A DNA stretch of 42,828 nt from an uncultured Pelagibacteraceae bacterium (GTDB lineage: Bacteria > Pseudomonadota > Alphaproteobacteria > Pelagibacterales > Pelagibacteraceae): NCBI GenBank assembly GCA_902602575.1, contig CACKRX010000001.1, positions 1 through 42,828 on the forward strand, written 5' to 3'. A program made the position numbers and the translations under genes. The notes beneath the pieces were generated by a model. That model was not told the DNA's origin. It did no database searches and saw only the letters and a program-made list of their open reading frames with translations. Positions 9,903 to 19,032 of the stretch are shown here, piece after piece (position 1 is the stretch's first letter; each line of letters opens with the position of its first letter).

Positions 9903-9907
9903 ATAAC

Positions 9908-9916
9908 TTTATAACA
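9908..9916 (-). promoter_or_regulatory. Putative extended -10 promoter (TGTTATAAA) for a leaderless dapA transcript
   Basis: Minus strand reads TG-T-TATAAA-GTTAT-ATG, so the -10 lies 5 nt from the start codon and there is no Shine-Dalgarno sequence. The AT-rich background lowers specificity. Confidence 0.4.
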
Positions 9917-9942
9917 TAGATTATCGATTCATTTACAAAAAT

Positions 9943-12192
9943 ATGATCTTTTTTAAAATATTTATCAAATTTATTTTAATCTTTCTGTTAATTTTAGGCT
10001 CATATTCATTTTCAAGTGAGTTAATTATTCCACCAAAAAAACCAACATTATCTGATGAGGTTAAAAAAAAGATTATATCAAAAAAGAATATTATACCTCC
10101 AATAAAACCTACAGTTAAAAAAGAGAATGAAGTTCAAGAAGAAAAAAAAGAAAAAGTTGAAAAAGCGGAAACCGATAAGGATTTTCAAAATATAGGGATT
10201 TTGCTACCTAAAAAGAAACCAACAATAATTGTTAAAAAGACAGAGCCAAAAAAGGAGAAAGTTAAAAAATCAAAATACTATAGTAAAAAAGACGTAAAAA
10301 TAGCTCAACAATCTTTAGATTTAATTAAGAGAAAAAAGTGGCAAAGTGCAATCAAAAATGCTTCTCGTGCAAAAGATAAGTCAATTTATGATTTCACAAT
10401 GTGGAGATACCTATTAGAAAGAAACAATAATGCAAATTATTCTGACTATAGTTCATTTTTAAAAAGAAATGAAACTTATCCTCGTCGTGGTAGAATTGAA
10501 TATCTATCTGAGAAGAAATTATCAGTTAAAAAAATTGGTCACAAAAAAATAATAGATTTATTCGAGGATAAAAAACCATTAAGTGGATACGGAGAGATAG
10601 TTTTGGGGGAAAGCTTATTACAAGATGGGCAAAATGTAGACGGTATAAAGTTGATAAAAAAGGGATGGATTACTGCCGATTTATCTAAAGCAGAACTTAG
10701 ACCTACATACAAACGAATAAAAAAATATTTATCATCAGAAGACCATATTAGAAGGGCTGATTACCTAGCTTGGGAAAATAAATATTGGGATTTAAAAAGA
10801 ATGTTAAGATATTTACCAAAAGATTATCAGCTTCTTTATACTGCGAGGCAATTGCTAATGAGTAAGTCATATGGTGTAGACAATGCAATTTCAAAAGTAC
10901 CAGAGAGTTTCAGAAATGACCCTGGTCTTAACTATGACAGATTAAAATGGAGAAGAAAAAGAGGTCGAGTTGATAGCTCTTTAGAAATTTTGTTAAACAT
11001 CAAAAATACTAAGAGTTATATGGTAAGACCGGACAAATGGTGGGTGGAAAGGTCAATAATTGGCAGATCATTAATTTATAAAAAGAAATATCAAACAGCC
11101 TATAAAATTGTTAATAATCACTCGTTAGAAGAAGGGACCCCAGAATTCGCAGAAGCAGAGTGGTTTAGTGGATGGATCGCTTTAAGCTTCTTAAACGATC
11201 CTATTTTAGCAAGAGAACATTTTAAATCTTTTTATCAAAATGTTGGTTATCCAATTAGTTTATCTAGAGGAGCTTTTTGGTTAGGAAGAACATATGAAAA
11301 ACTTGGTGACCCAGTAACAGCTGACAAATATTATGGTGAGGCATCAAAATTCCCAACTACATACTATGGACAACTTGCTCACATGAAAATAAAACCTGAT
11401 GAAACATTTTCTTTAAATGACACCATGAATCCAAATGAAAAGTACAAAAAAGAATTTAAAAATAATAAATTATATAAACTTGTTTATTTACTTTATGAAA
11501 TTGAAAAAGATAAGTATACGAAACATATTTTACGTCATTTAGCGCATGATAATATAGAACAAGGTAGTGAAGTATTAGCAGCAGAACTGGCAACTGAAAT
11601 TTCAAGATATGATTTTGCAATTCAAATATCTAAATTAGCGTCCTATGAAAAAAGATTTCACAATCAATTCAACTATCCTGTCATCAGTACACCAACTATG
11701 GTTGGAGGAAGAAAAATTCCTAACCCTGCGTTAATACTTGCTGTTATAAGACAAGAAAGTGAATTTGATAGCAAAGCAAATAGTTACGCTGGTGCTAGAG
11801 GCATGATGCAGCTAATGACTTACACAGCTAAGCTTGTTGCAAAGCAAGCAAAGTTACCTTACTCAAAATCAAGATTAACTTCAGATCCTGAGTATAATAT
11901 TAATTTAGGGTCACATTATTTGGCGGGACTAATTCTAGAATATGATGGAGCCTACCCTTTTGCTATTGCAGCATATAACGCAGGTCCAAAAAGAGTGAGA
12001 TATTGGAAAAAAATAAATAAAAATCCTCAAAAAGATCAAGTCGACTATGTAGATTGGATTGAGCTTATTAAATTTAAAGAAACAAGGAATTATGTTCAAA
12101 GAGTTCTAGAAAATTATAACGTTTATCGATACGTGTTAGAACAAAAGCCTATCAAAATGAAAGATTTTTTTGCTAATTACCCACTATACTAA
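9943..12192 (+). CDS. slt: Soluble lytic murein transglycosylase (Slt70-like)
   Basis: Signal peptide, helical U-domain region, and SLT motifs IRQESEF, GARGMMQLM, AAYNAGP, ETRNYVQRV. Confidence 0.92.
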   Translation: MIFFKIFIKFILIFLLILGSYSFSSELIIPPKKPTLSDEVKKKIISKKNIIPPIKPTVKKENEVQEEKKEKVEKAETDKDFQNIGILLPKKKPTIIVKKTEPKKEKVKKSKYYSKKDVKIAQQSLDLIKRKKWQSAIKNASRAKDKSIYDFTMWRYLLERNNNANYSDYSSFLKRNETYPRRGRIEYLSEKKLSVKKIGHKKIIDLFEDKKPLSGYGEIVLGESLLQDGQNVDGIKLIKKGWITADLSKAELRPTYKRIKKYLSSEDHIRRADYLAWENKYWDLKRMLRYLPKDYQLLYTARQLLMSKSYGVDNAISKVPESFRNDPGLNYDRLKWRRKRGRVDSSLEILLNIKNTKSYMVRPDKWWVERSIIGRSLIYKKKYQTAYKIVNNHSLEEGTPEFAEAEWFSGWIALSFLNDPILAREHFKSFYQNVGYPISLSRGAFWLGRTYEKLGDPVTADKYYGEASKFPTTYYGQLAHMKIKPDETFSLNDTMNPNEKYKKEFKNNKLYKLVYLLYEIEKDKYTKHILRHLAHDNIEQGSEVLAAELATEISRYDFAIQISKLASYEKRFHNQFNYPVISTPTMVGGRKIPNPALILAVIRQESEFDSKANSYAGARGMMQLMTYTAKLVAKQAKLPYSKSRLTSDPEYNINLGSHYLAGLILEYDGAYPFAIAAYNAGPKRVRYWKKINKNPQKDQVDYVDWIELIKFKETRNYVQRVLENYNVYRYVLEQKPIKMKDFFANYPLY

Positions 12193-12203
12193 TATTTGAA
12201 AAA

Positions 12204-12298
12204 TGGCGGAAGGAGAGGGATTCGAACCCTCGGTACACCTTTTCAAGCGTACGGCGGTTTAGCAAACCGCTGGTTTAAACCAGCTCACCCATCCTTCC
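12204..12298 (-). tRNA. tRNA-Ser (anticodon GCT)
   Basis: Reverse complement GGAAGGATGGGTGAGCTGGTTTAAACCAGCGGTTTGCTAAACCGCCGTACGCTTGAAAAGGTGTACCGAGGGTTCGAATCCCTCTCCTTCCGCCA: acceptor stem, GCGGT/ACCGC anticodon stem, long variable arm, TTCGAAT T-loop, discriminator G and encoded CCA. Confidence 0.97.
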
Positions 12299-12312
12299 TT
12301 ATAGACTGTGTA

Positions 12313-12352
12313 ACTTGAAATCATTGAATATTCAATATTTATCAAGTATTTT
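12313..12352. promoter_or_regulatory. Divergent promoter region with a perfect 14-bp palindrome ATTGAATATTCAAT (12323-12336)
   Basis: Palindrome flanked by ACTTGA/TCAAGT. On the plus strand, TTGAAT-17nt-TATTTT ends 8 nt before the soxB ATG. Confidence 0.5.
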
Positions 12353-12360
12353 CTCAAAAA

Positions 12361-13614
12361 ATGAAAAATAAATATTCAATATTTTCTTTAATAAAGAATG
12401 CTTTTAGTAACCATGAAAATTGGCAAAGAGCATGGAGAGATCCTGAGCCTAAAAAGGAGTATGATGCTGTAATTGTTGGTGGCGGAGGTCACGGTTTAGC
12501 AACTGCATATTATTTAGCAAAAAAACATAATTTAAAAAATATTGCCGTTGTTGAAAAAGGTTGGATTGGTGGAGGTAACACTGGAAGAAATACTACAATA
12601 ATAAGGTCAAATTATTTATGGGATGCTAGCGCAGGTTTATACGATCATGCATTAAAAATTTGGGAAGGTTTGTCTCAAGAACTTAATTACAATGTAATGT
12701 TCAGTCAAAGAGGTGTAATGAACCTGGCTCATAATTTACAAGATGTAAGAGATTTAAAAAGAAGAACACACGCAAATAGATTAAATGGTATTGATGCTGT
12801 TTGGTTGGAAACAGATGAGGTAAAAAAGTTTTGTCCAATTATAAATACCTCCCAAGATATTAGGTATCCAGTATTGGGTGGTACATTACAAAAAAGAGCT
12901 GGCACAGCAAGACACGATGCCGTTGCTTGGGGTTATGCGAGAGGTGCTGATGAAATGGGTGTTGATATTATTCAAAATTGTGAAGTAAAAGGGATTAAAA
13001 GAATTGGTGACACAGTTGAAGGTTTGGAAACAACAAAAGGTTTTATTAAAACTAAAAAAATTGGAGTTGTAGCTGCAGGTCATTCAAGTGTTATAGCTAA
13101 TATGGCGGGACTTAAGTTACCTCTTGAAAGTAAACCCTTGCAAGCACTTGTATCTGAGCCAGTAAAACCAATAATTGACACTGTTGTAATGTCTAATGCT
13201 GTTCATGCTTATGTAAGTCAATCAGATAAAGGTGAATTAGTCATTGGTGCAGGAACAGACTCTTATGTTTCTTACACTCAAAAAGGTAGTTTCAATATTG
13301 TAGAAGATACACTTAAAGCTATTTTAGAATTATATCCAATTTTTAGTAGAATGAAGATGTTAAGGCAATGGGGTGGAATTGTTGATATATGTCCAGATGC
13401 AAGCCCGATAATTAGTAAAACATCTATCAAAGGACTTTATTTTAATTGTGGTTGGGGAACGGGTGGATTTAAAGCAACACCTGGTTCCGGTGATTTATTT
13501 GCTCACACAATTGCTAATGATGAACCTCATAAATTAAATGCTGCATTTAACATTAATAGATTTGTAAGTGGTGATCTAGTTGATGAACATGGAGCAGCAG
13601 CTGTTGCCCACTAA
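12361..13614 (+). CDS. soxB: Heterotetrameric sarcosine oxidase subunit beta
   Basis: GGGGHG FAD motif, [25 protein letters not shown] (covalent FMN His region), [18 protein letters not shown]-terminus. Confidence 0.93.
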   Translation: MKNKYSIFSLIKNAFSNHENWQRAWRDPEPKKEYDAVIVGGGGHGLATAYYLAKKHNLKNIAVVEKGWIGGGNTGRNTTIIRSNYLWDASAGLYDHALKIWEGLSQELNYNVMFSQRGVMNLAHNLQDVRDLKRRTHANRLNGIDAVWLETDEVKKFCPIINTSQDIRYPVLGGTLQKRAGTARHDAVAWGYARGADEMGVDIIQNCEVKGIKRIGDTVEGLETTKGFIKTKKIGVVAAGHSSVIANMAGLKLPLESKPLQALVSEPVKPIIDTVVMSNAVHAYVSQSDKGELVIGAGTDSYVSYTQKGSFNIVEDTLKAILELYPIFSRMKMLRQWGGIVDICPDASPIISKTSIKGLYFNCGWGTGGFKATPGSGDLFAHTIANDEPHKLNAAFNINRFVSGDLVDEHGAAAVAH

Positions 13615-13889
13615 TGTTTTTAATTAATTGTCCATATTGCGGTGAAAGAGATCAATCAGAATTTGTTTCTGGTGGTGAAGCTCACATAGCAAGACCCAAA
13701 CAGCCAACTGAATTAAATGATGATCAATGGGCAGAATTTTTGTTCATGAGAAAAAATATTAAAGGTGTTCAATTTGAAAGATGGAACCATGTTCATGGAT
13801 GTAGAAAATGGTTTAATGTAGCTCGTGACACCTCAAATGATAAAATAGAAAAAATATATAAAATGGGTGAACAACCCCCGAAATTATAA
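13614..13889 (+). CDS. soxD: Sarcosine oxidase subunit delta
   Basis: CPYCGER...WNHVHGCRKWFNVARDT Zn-binding pattern; TAATG coupling to soxB. Confidence 0.93.
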   Translation: MFLINCPYCGERDQSEFVSGGEAHIARPKQPTELNDDQWAEFLFMRKNIKGVQFERWNHVHGCRKWFNVARDTSNDKIEKIYKMGEQPPKL

Positions 13890-16800
13890 TGTCCAAAAAT
13901 CTAAGAATAAATAATAAACAATTTGTAGATGAAACTAGAAAATTATCTTTTATATTTAATGGAAAAAAATTATATGGCTATAAAGGTGACTCACTAGCAT
14001 CTGCCCTACTATCAAATGATATTCATCTTGTAGGAAGAAGTTTTAAATACCACAGACCAAGAGGAATAATGACTTCTGGCTCTGAGGAACCAAATGCAAT
14101 TCTTCAAATAGGAAATGATGATGCTTTAACAGAGCCTAACGTAAGAGCTACCGAAATTGAATTATATAATGGTTTAGTTTGCAATAGTCAAAATTGCTGG
14201 CCAAGTGTAAAATTTGACATAGGTGGGATAAATAATTTTTTATCACCCCTGCTTCCTGCGGGTTTTTATTATAAAACATTTATGTGGCCCGCAAGTTTTT
14301 GGGAGAAATACGAATACTTTATTCGTAAGTCTGCTGGTTTAGGAAAATCCCCAATAAAACAAGATCCAGATATGTACGATCATAGATATTTGCATTGTGA
14401 TATCTTGATAGTTGGAGGTGGTGTTTCTGGCTTAATAGCGGCTAAAATAGCTTCTGATGATAATAAAAAAGTTTTATTATTAGAAGATAAGGAGTTGCTA
14501 GGAGGTTCATTAATTTATGATGACAGTGATATTTCTAAGATCGATAATCAAAAAAGCAGTGAATGGTTAAGAAAATTCATTGATAATATTAAAAAGGATA
14601 AAAATATTATTATCAAAACTAGAACAAGTCTTGCTGCTTATCATAATTATAACTTTTTACTAGCAAGGCAAAATTTAACTGATCATTTAAGTGTTAATGA
14701 ACGAAATAATAAAATCAGACAAAGGCTTTACAAAATTAGAGCTAAAAAAGTAATTATCTCCACTGGCGCTATAGAAAGGCCTCAAGTTTTTCATAATAAC
14801 GATAGACCCGGTATAATGTTGGCATCTGCTGTAAAAAAATACATAGACTATTATGGTGTCAGATGTGGTTTGGAAAATGTAATATTCACCAATAATGACA
14901 GTGCCTATGAAACAGCTTTATCTTTACATAAATCAGGGACAAAATTAAATGCAATTATAGACATTAGAGATAATTCATCTTCAGAAATAGTAAATCAAGT
15001 TAAAAATCTAGGAATACAAATTTATTGGAACCATACCATAGTAGACACTAAAGGTTATAAAAGAATTAATAAAGTAACAGTAATGAGGTTAAATGATAAA
15101 GGCAATGATGTTATCGGAAAAAAGATTGAATTAAACTGTGATTGCTTAGCAATTTCTGGCGGCTGGACCCCGATGGTTCATTTATTTACTCAATCAGGTG
15201 GTAAACTTAAGTTTGATAACAAAGATAATATTTTTGTTCCAGATAAAACAAATTTAGATCAATTAAGCATTGGCTCTGCTAAAGGAGATTTTGAATTAGA
15301 TGATGTTTTAAAAAATTCAATCAAGTATACAAAAAAATTTTTAAATATCGAAAATTCTAATTTTGATAAAATTGATGTTAAATGTTCTAAAGAGAAAGAG
15401 AAAAAAAATATATGGTTGCTTCCATCAGATAGGCCATTAAGTAAAACAAAACCATTTTTAGATTATCAAAATGATAGTACCGCAAAAGATATAAAATTAG
15501 CTTTACGAGAAGGTTTTAAATCAATTGAGCATGTAAAAAGATATACAACAACTGGAATGGGTACAGATCAAGGTAAACTTGCTAATATGCATGCCTTGGG
15601 TATAGTTGCAGATACAACTAACACTAATATGGGTGATCTAGGAACAACAACGTTCAGACCTCCATATACACCACTCACTTTTGGAACCATAGTAGGTAGA
15701 AATGTTGGGCAATTTTTTGATATTTTTAGAAAAACACCTATGCATGAGTGGCACGTTGATAATAATGTAAAGTTTGAAAATGTCGGACAATGGAAACGAG
15801 CTTGGTACTATCCAAAAGATGGTGAAACAATGCATGATGCCGTACAAAGAGAAAGTAAAGCTGCAAGAGAGTCTAGTGGAATATTAGATGCTTCGACACT
15901 CGGAAAAATCGATATTCAAGGTACAGATGCAAATGAGTTTCTTAATAGGGTTTACACAAATGCTTGGTCAAAGTTACAAATCGGAAAATGTAGATATGGT
16001 TTGATGCTTAATGAAGATGGCATGGTTTACGATGATGGAGTAACAACAAGACTTGGTGAAAATCACTATTTGATGACAACAACAACTGGTGGTGCAGCAA
16101 ATGTAATGTCCAAACTTGAGGATTATTTGCAAACTGAATGGCCAGAATTAGATGTATTTCTCACTTCAGTTACGGATCATTATGCTACAGCAAGTGTATG
16201 CGGTCCAAATGCAAAAAAAATTATTAATAAAATTTTTAAAGATTTAGATTTATCTGATGAAAGTTTCCCACATATGTCATTTAAAGAGGTAAAGCTTGGT
16301 GACATTAATTGTAGAGTTATGCGTATAAGTTTTACAGGTGAACTAAGTTATGAAATTAATGTTGAAGCATCATACGGTAAGCACATTTGGGAAAAATGTA
16401 TTGAGGCTGGAAAAGAATTTAACATTACTCCTTATGGAACTGAGACTATGCACCTTTTAAGAGCTGAAAAAGGATTTATAATTGTTGGTCAAGATACTGA
16501 TGGAACGATGACTCCAGTAGATCTTCAAATGGACTGGATAATTAGTAAAAAAAAATACGACTTTATTGGTAAACGATCTCTATACAGAAGCGATACTATT
16601 AGAGAAGATAGAAAACAATTAGTCGGACTTTTAACTGATGACCCTAATGAAATTTTAGAGGAAGGTGCTCAAATAGTTAAAGACGAAAATAAAAAACCTA
16701 TCGATATGCTTGGACATGTAACTTCAAGTTATTTCAGTCCAACTTTAAAAAAATCTATTGCTTTAGCAGTTTTAAAAGAAGGTAAACAACTTAAAGGACA

Positions 16801-16894
16801 AAAACTCTTGGTTCCAATGATAGATAAAACAATTAAAGTAACTGTATCAGATACAATCTTCTTAGATAAAGAAAATGAGAGAATAAATGGATAA
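13889..16894 (+). CDS. soxA: Sarcosine oxidase subunit alpha
   Basis: GRSFKYHRPRG, GFYYKTFMWP, VGGGVSG, KRYTTTGMGTDQGK, and a GcvT-like folate domain (LDASTLGKI, RISFTGELSYE, LRAEKG). Confidence 0.94.
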   Translation: MSKNLRINNKQFVDETRKLSFIFNGKKLYGYKGDSLASALLSNDIHLVGRSFKYHRPRGIMTSGSEEPNAILQIGNDDALTEPNVRATEIELYNGLVCNSQNCWPSVKFDIGGINNFLSPLLPAGFYYKTFMWPASFWEKYEYFIRKSAGLGKSPIKQDPDMYDHRYLHCDILIVGGGVSGLIAAKIASDDNKKVLLLEDKELLGGSLIYDDSDISKIDNQKSSEWLRKFIDNIKKDKNIIIKTRTSLAAYHNYNFLLARQNLTDHLSVNERNNKIRQRLYKIRAKKVIISTGAIERPQVFHNNDRPGIMLASAVKKYIDYYGVRCGLENVIFTNNDSAYETALSLHKSGTKLNAIIDIRDNSSSEIVNQVKNLGIQIYWNHTIVDTKGYKRINKVTVMRLNDKGNDVIGKKIELNCDCLAISGGWTPMVHLFTQSGGKLKFDNKDNIFVPDKTNLDQLSIGSAKGDFELDDVLKNSIKYTKKFLNIENSNFDKIDVKCSKEKEKKNIWLLPSDRPLSKTKPFLDYQNDSTAKDIKLALREGFKSIEHVKRYTTTGMGTDQGKLANMHALGIVADTTNTNMGDLGTTTFRPPYTPLTFGTIVGRNVGQFFDIFRKTPMHEWHVDNNVKFENVGQWKRAWYYPKDGETMHDAVQRESKAARESSGILDASTLGKIDIQGTDANEFLNRVYTNAWSKLQIGKCRYGLMLNEDGMVYDDGVTTRLGENHYLMTTTTGGAANVMSKLEDYLQTEWPELDVFLTSVTDHYATASVCGPNAKKIINKIFKDLDLSDESFPHMSFKEVKLGDINCRVMRISFTGELSYEINVEASYGKHIWEKCIEAGKEFNITPYGTETMHLLRAEKGFIIVGQDTDGTMTPVDLQMDWIISKKKYDFIGKRSLYRSDTIREDRKQLVGLLTDDPNEILEEGAQIVKDENKKPIDMLGHVTSSYFSPTLKKSIALAVLKEGKQLKGQKLLVPMIDKTIKVTVSDTIFLDKENERING

Positions 16895-17432
16895 CATTAA
16901 TACAGCTATCAAAGACAAAAGAGAATATTCAGACTTAAATTTGAAAGAGATAGAACCAATTACTAAAATAAACCTAAGAGGAAAAAAAAGAGAGTTCTTT
17001 GCAAAAGTTGGTCAAATACTCTCTGTTATTTTGCCAACAGAAAGTAATACTTCTACAAGTAACCAAGAGTTAAGCGCTTTATGGCTAAGTCCAGATGAAT
17101 GGATGATTTATACAAATAATAAGAATAAAGAAATTTTTGATAGAGTTTTTAAAGAAATTTCATCACTTAACTACGGAGCTGTTACAAATATAAGTGACCA
17201 ATGGGTGTGTATTAATATTTCTGGGGATAAATTATACGAATTGCTCTCAATGAGTTGTCCATTTGATTTCTCAAAATTCCAAGACACTAAAGGATCTACA
17301 ACCCAAACTATAATTAATCATATTGATGTAATCATTCATAATTTGGGTGATAACAATATAAATTTATTTGTTAGACGATCGTTTTCTAACCATTTATGGG
17401 ATTGGCTTAATGATGGGGCTAATCTATTATAA
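16887..17432 (+). CDS. soxG: Sarcosine oxidase subunit gamma
   Basis: INLRG, LWLSPDEW, CPFD, FVRRSF; fourth gene of soxBDAG. Confidence 0.88.
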   Translation: MDNINTAIKDKREYSDLNLKEIEPITKINLRGKKREFFAKVGQILSVILPTESNTSTSNQELSALWLSPDEWMIYTNNKNKEIFDRVFKEISSLNYGAVTNISDQWVCINISGDKLYELLSMSCPFDFSKFQDTKGSTTQTIINHIDVIIHNLGDNNINLFVRRSFSNHLWDWLNDGANLL

Positions 17433-17491
17433 AATTTAACTGCGTCAAGGTTAGCATAGAAAAATATCATAAATTACCTTATTAAATTCTC

Positions 17492-18256
17492 ATGAAAAAA
17501 ATTATCATATTATTATTTACTTTATTATTCACATTTTCAGCGAATGCTTCTTCTTTAGATAAAATTCTTTCAAACGGAGAGTTAAGAGTTGGAACTACTG
17601 GAGACTGGGATCCAATGACTATGAAAGATCCGTCTACAAATACTTACAAAGGTTTTGACATTGACGTCATGAACGAACTTGCAAAAGACATGGGTGTAAA
17701 AATTAAGTTTGTTCCTGCTGAATGGAAAACTATAGTTTCTGGAATAACTTCAGACAGATATGATATTTCAACAAGTGTAACAAAAACTCCTAAAAGAGCA
17801 GAGGTAGCAGGTTTCACAGAGACCTACTACAAATATGGAACTGTTCCACTGGTTTTAAAGAAGAATTTAGGTAAGTTTTCAACTTGGGATTCTTTAAACA
17901 ATAAAGATGTTACAATCGCAACAACGCTTGGAACATCACAAGAGGAAAAAGCTAAAGAATTTTTTCCTAAATCCAAATTAAATTCAGTAGAGGCACCTGC
18001 AAGAGATTTCCAGGAAGTGCTAGCAGGAAGAGCTGATGGTAATATTACTAGTTCAACTGAAGCCAACAAATTAGTTATAAAATATCCCCAATTAGCAATT
18101 GTTCCAGATGGTGAAAAAAATCCTGCCTTCTTAGCAATGATGGTTGGTAAAAATGATGATAAGTGGAGAAAGTACGTTAACGATTGGATTAGTAAGAAAA
18201 AGAAATCTGGTTTCTTTAAAGAACTTTTAGCGAAATACAATCTTAAAAGCTTATAA
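17492..18256 (+). CDS. Family-3 periplasmic solute-binding protein, cyclohexadienyl dehydratase (PheC)-related clade
   Basis: Signal peptide (..SANA/SS), [30 protein letters not shown]. The TTGD[YW] motif is typical of the CDT clade. Confidence 0.85.
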   Translation: MKKIIILLFTLLFTFSANASSLDKILSNGELRVGTTGDWDPMTMKDPSTNTYKGFDIDVMNELAKDMGVKIKFVPAEWKTIVSGITSDRYDISTSVTKTPKRAEVAGFTETYYKYGTVPLVLKKNLGKFSTWDSLNNKDVTIATTLGTSQEEKAKEFFPKSKLNSVEAPARDFQEVLAGRADGNITSSTEANKLVIKYPQLAIVPDGEKNPAFLAMMVGKNDDKWRKYVNDWISKKKKSGFFKELLAKYNLKSL

Positions 18257-18296
18257 TAAATTAGCTATTAATAATTAATTCTTTATAAATATAAGT

Positions 18297-19031
18297 GTGA
18301 AAAACTTATTTTTACTATTTTCATTATTATTCCTTTTATCATGCGGAAAACAGGAATTGGATTGGTTAATATTATCTCCCAACAATGTTAACGGTTTAAC
18401 AAATCTAAAATTTTTATTAAGTGGATTTACAACAACTATCTTTATATCTATCGTATCAATATCTCTATCGATAGTATTAGGGTTAATAGTTGCTATTCCC
18501 TCCTTAGCCAAAAATAAATTTTTAACATACTTGAATATAGGTTATGTCGAAATAGTAAGAGCTGTGCCGTTGTTGGTTTTGATTTTATGGATTTATTACG
18601 GATTACCTATTATGACAGGAATTAGTTTTAGTCCATTTGTATCAGGTATTATAGCTTTATCTATTAGTGAAAGCGCATTTCAGGCTGAAATTTTTAGAGC
18701 TGGAATAAATTCAATTAGAAAACCTCAATGGGAAGCTGGAAGTTCTTTAGGGCTTAATTTTTTTAGAAAATTAAGACTTGTCATTCTTCCTCAAGCTATA
18801 AGAAATATACTACCTGCTATTGGAAATCAGTTTGTATACGTTCTAAAAATGTCATCTTTAGTCTCGATTATTGGTATTGGAGACTTAACTAGAAAGGCGA
18901 ATGAGCTTGTTGTTACTACATACAGACCTCTAGAAATATATACGTTTTTGATCTTAGAGTATCTTATATTAATTTTAATTGTATCATTTTTAGTAAGACG
19001 GCTAGAAAAAAAAATGAAAAAGGATAGTTAA
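18297..19031 (+). CDS. Polar amino acid ABC transporter permease (HisM/GlnP family) with an N-terminal lipobox-like sequence
   Basis: YVEIVRAVPLLV, AEIFRAGI..I.KPQWEAG.SLG (EAA loop), ILPQA, KMSSL; GTG start. Confidence 0.9.
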   Translation: MKNLFLLFSLLFLLSCGKQELDWLILSPNNVNGLTNLKFLLSGFTTTIFISIVSISLSIVLGLIVAIPSLAKNKFLTYLNIGYVEIVRAVPLLVLILWIYYGLPIMTGISFSPFVSGIIALSISESAFQAEIFRAGINSIRKPQWEAGSSLGLNFFRKLRLVILPQAIRNILPAIGNQFVYVLKMSSLVSIIGIGDLTRKANELVVTTYRPLEIYTFLILEYLILILIVSFLVRRLEKKMKKDS

Positions 19032-19032
19032 T

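Noticed and set aside
505-12360. Glycine or other riboswitch upstream of glyA or soxB
   Set aside because: The intergenic spaces (3 nt before glyA, 62 nt before soxB) are too short or too AT-rich to hold an aptamer.
17421-17448. Antisense promoter into soxG (minus-strand TTGACG ... TATAAT)
   Set aside because: The spacer to TATAAT is only 11 nt; the 16-nt alternative TAGATT is weak and unsupported.
18257-18296. Hairpin or attenuator between the SBP and permease genes
   Set aside because: Only an imperfect, nearly all-AT inverted repeat; too unstable to call.
12193-19031. tRNA-anchored genomic island carrying the sox cassette
   Set aside because: No integrase, no duplicated tRNA 3' end seen and no obvious compositional shift; the cassette also lies on the tRNA's 5' side.
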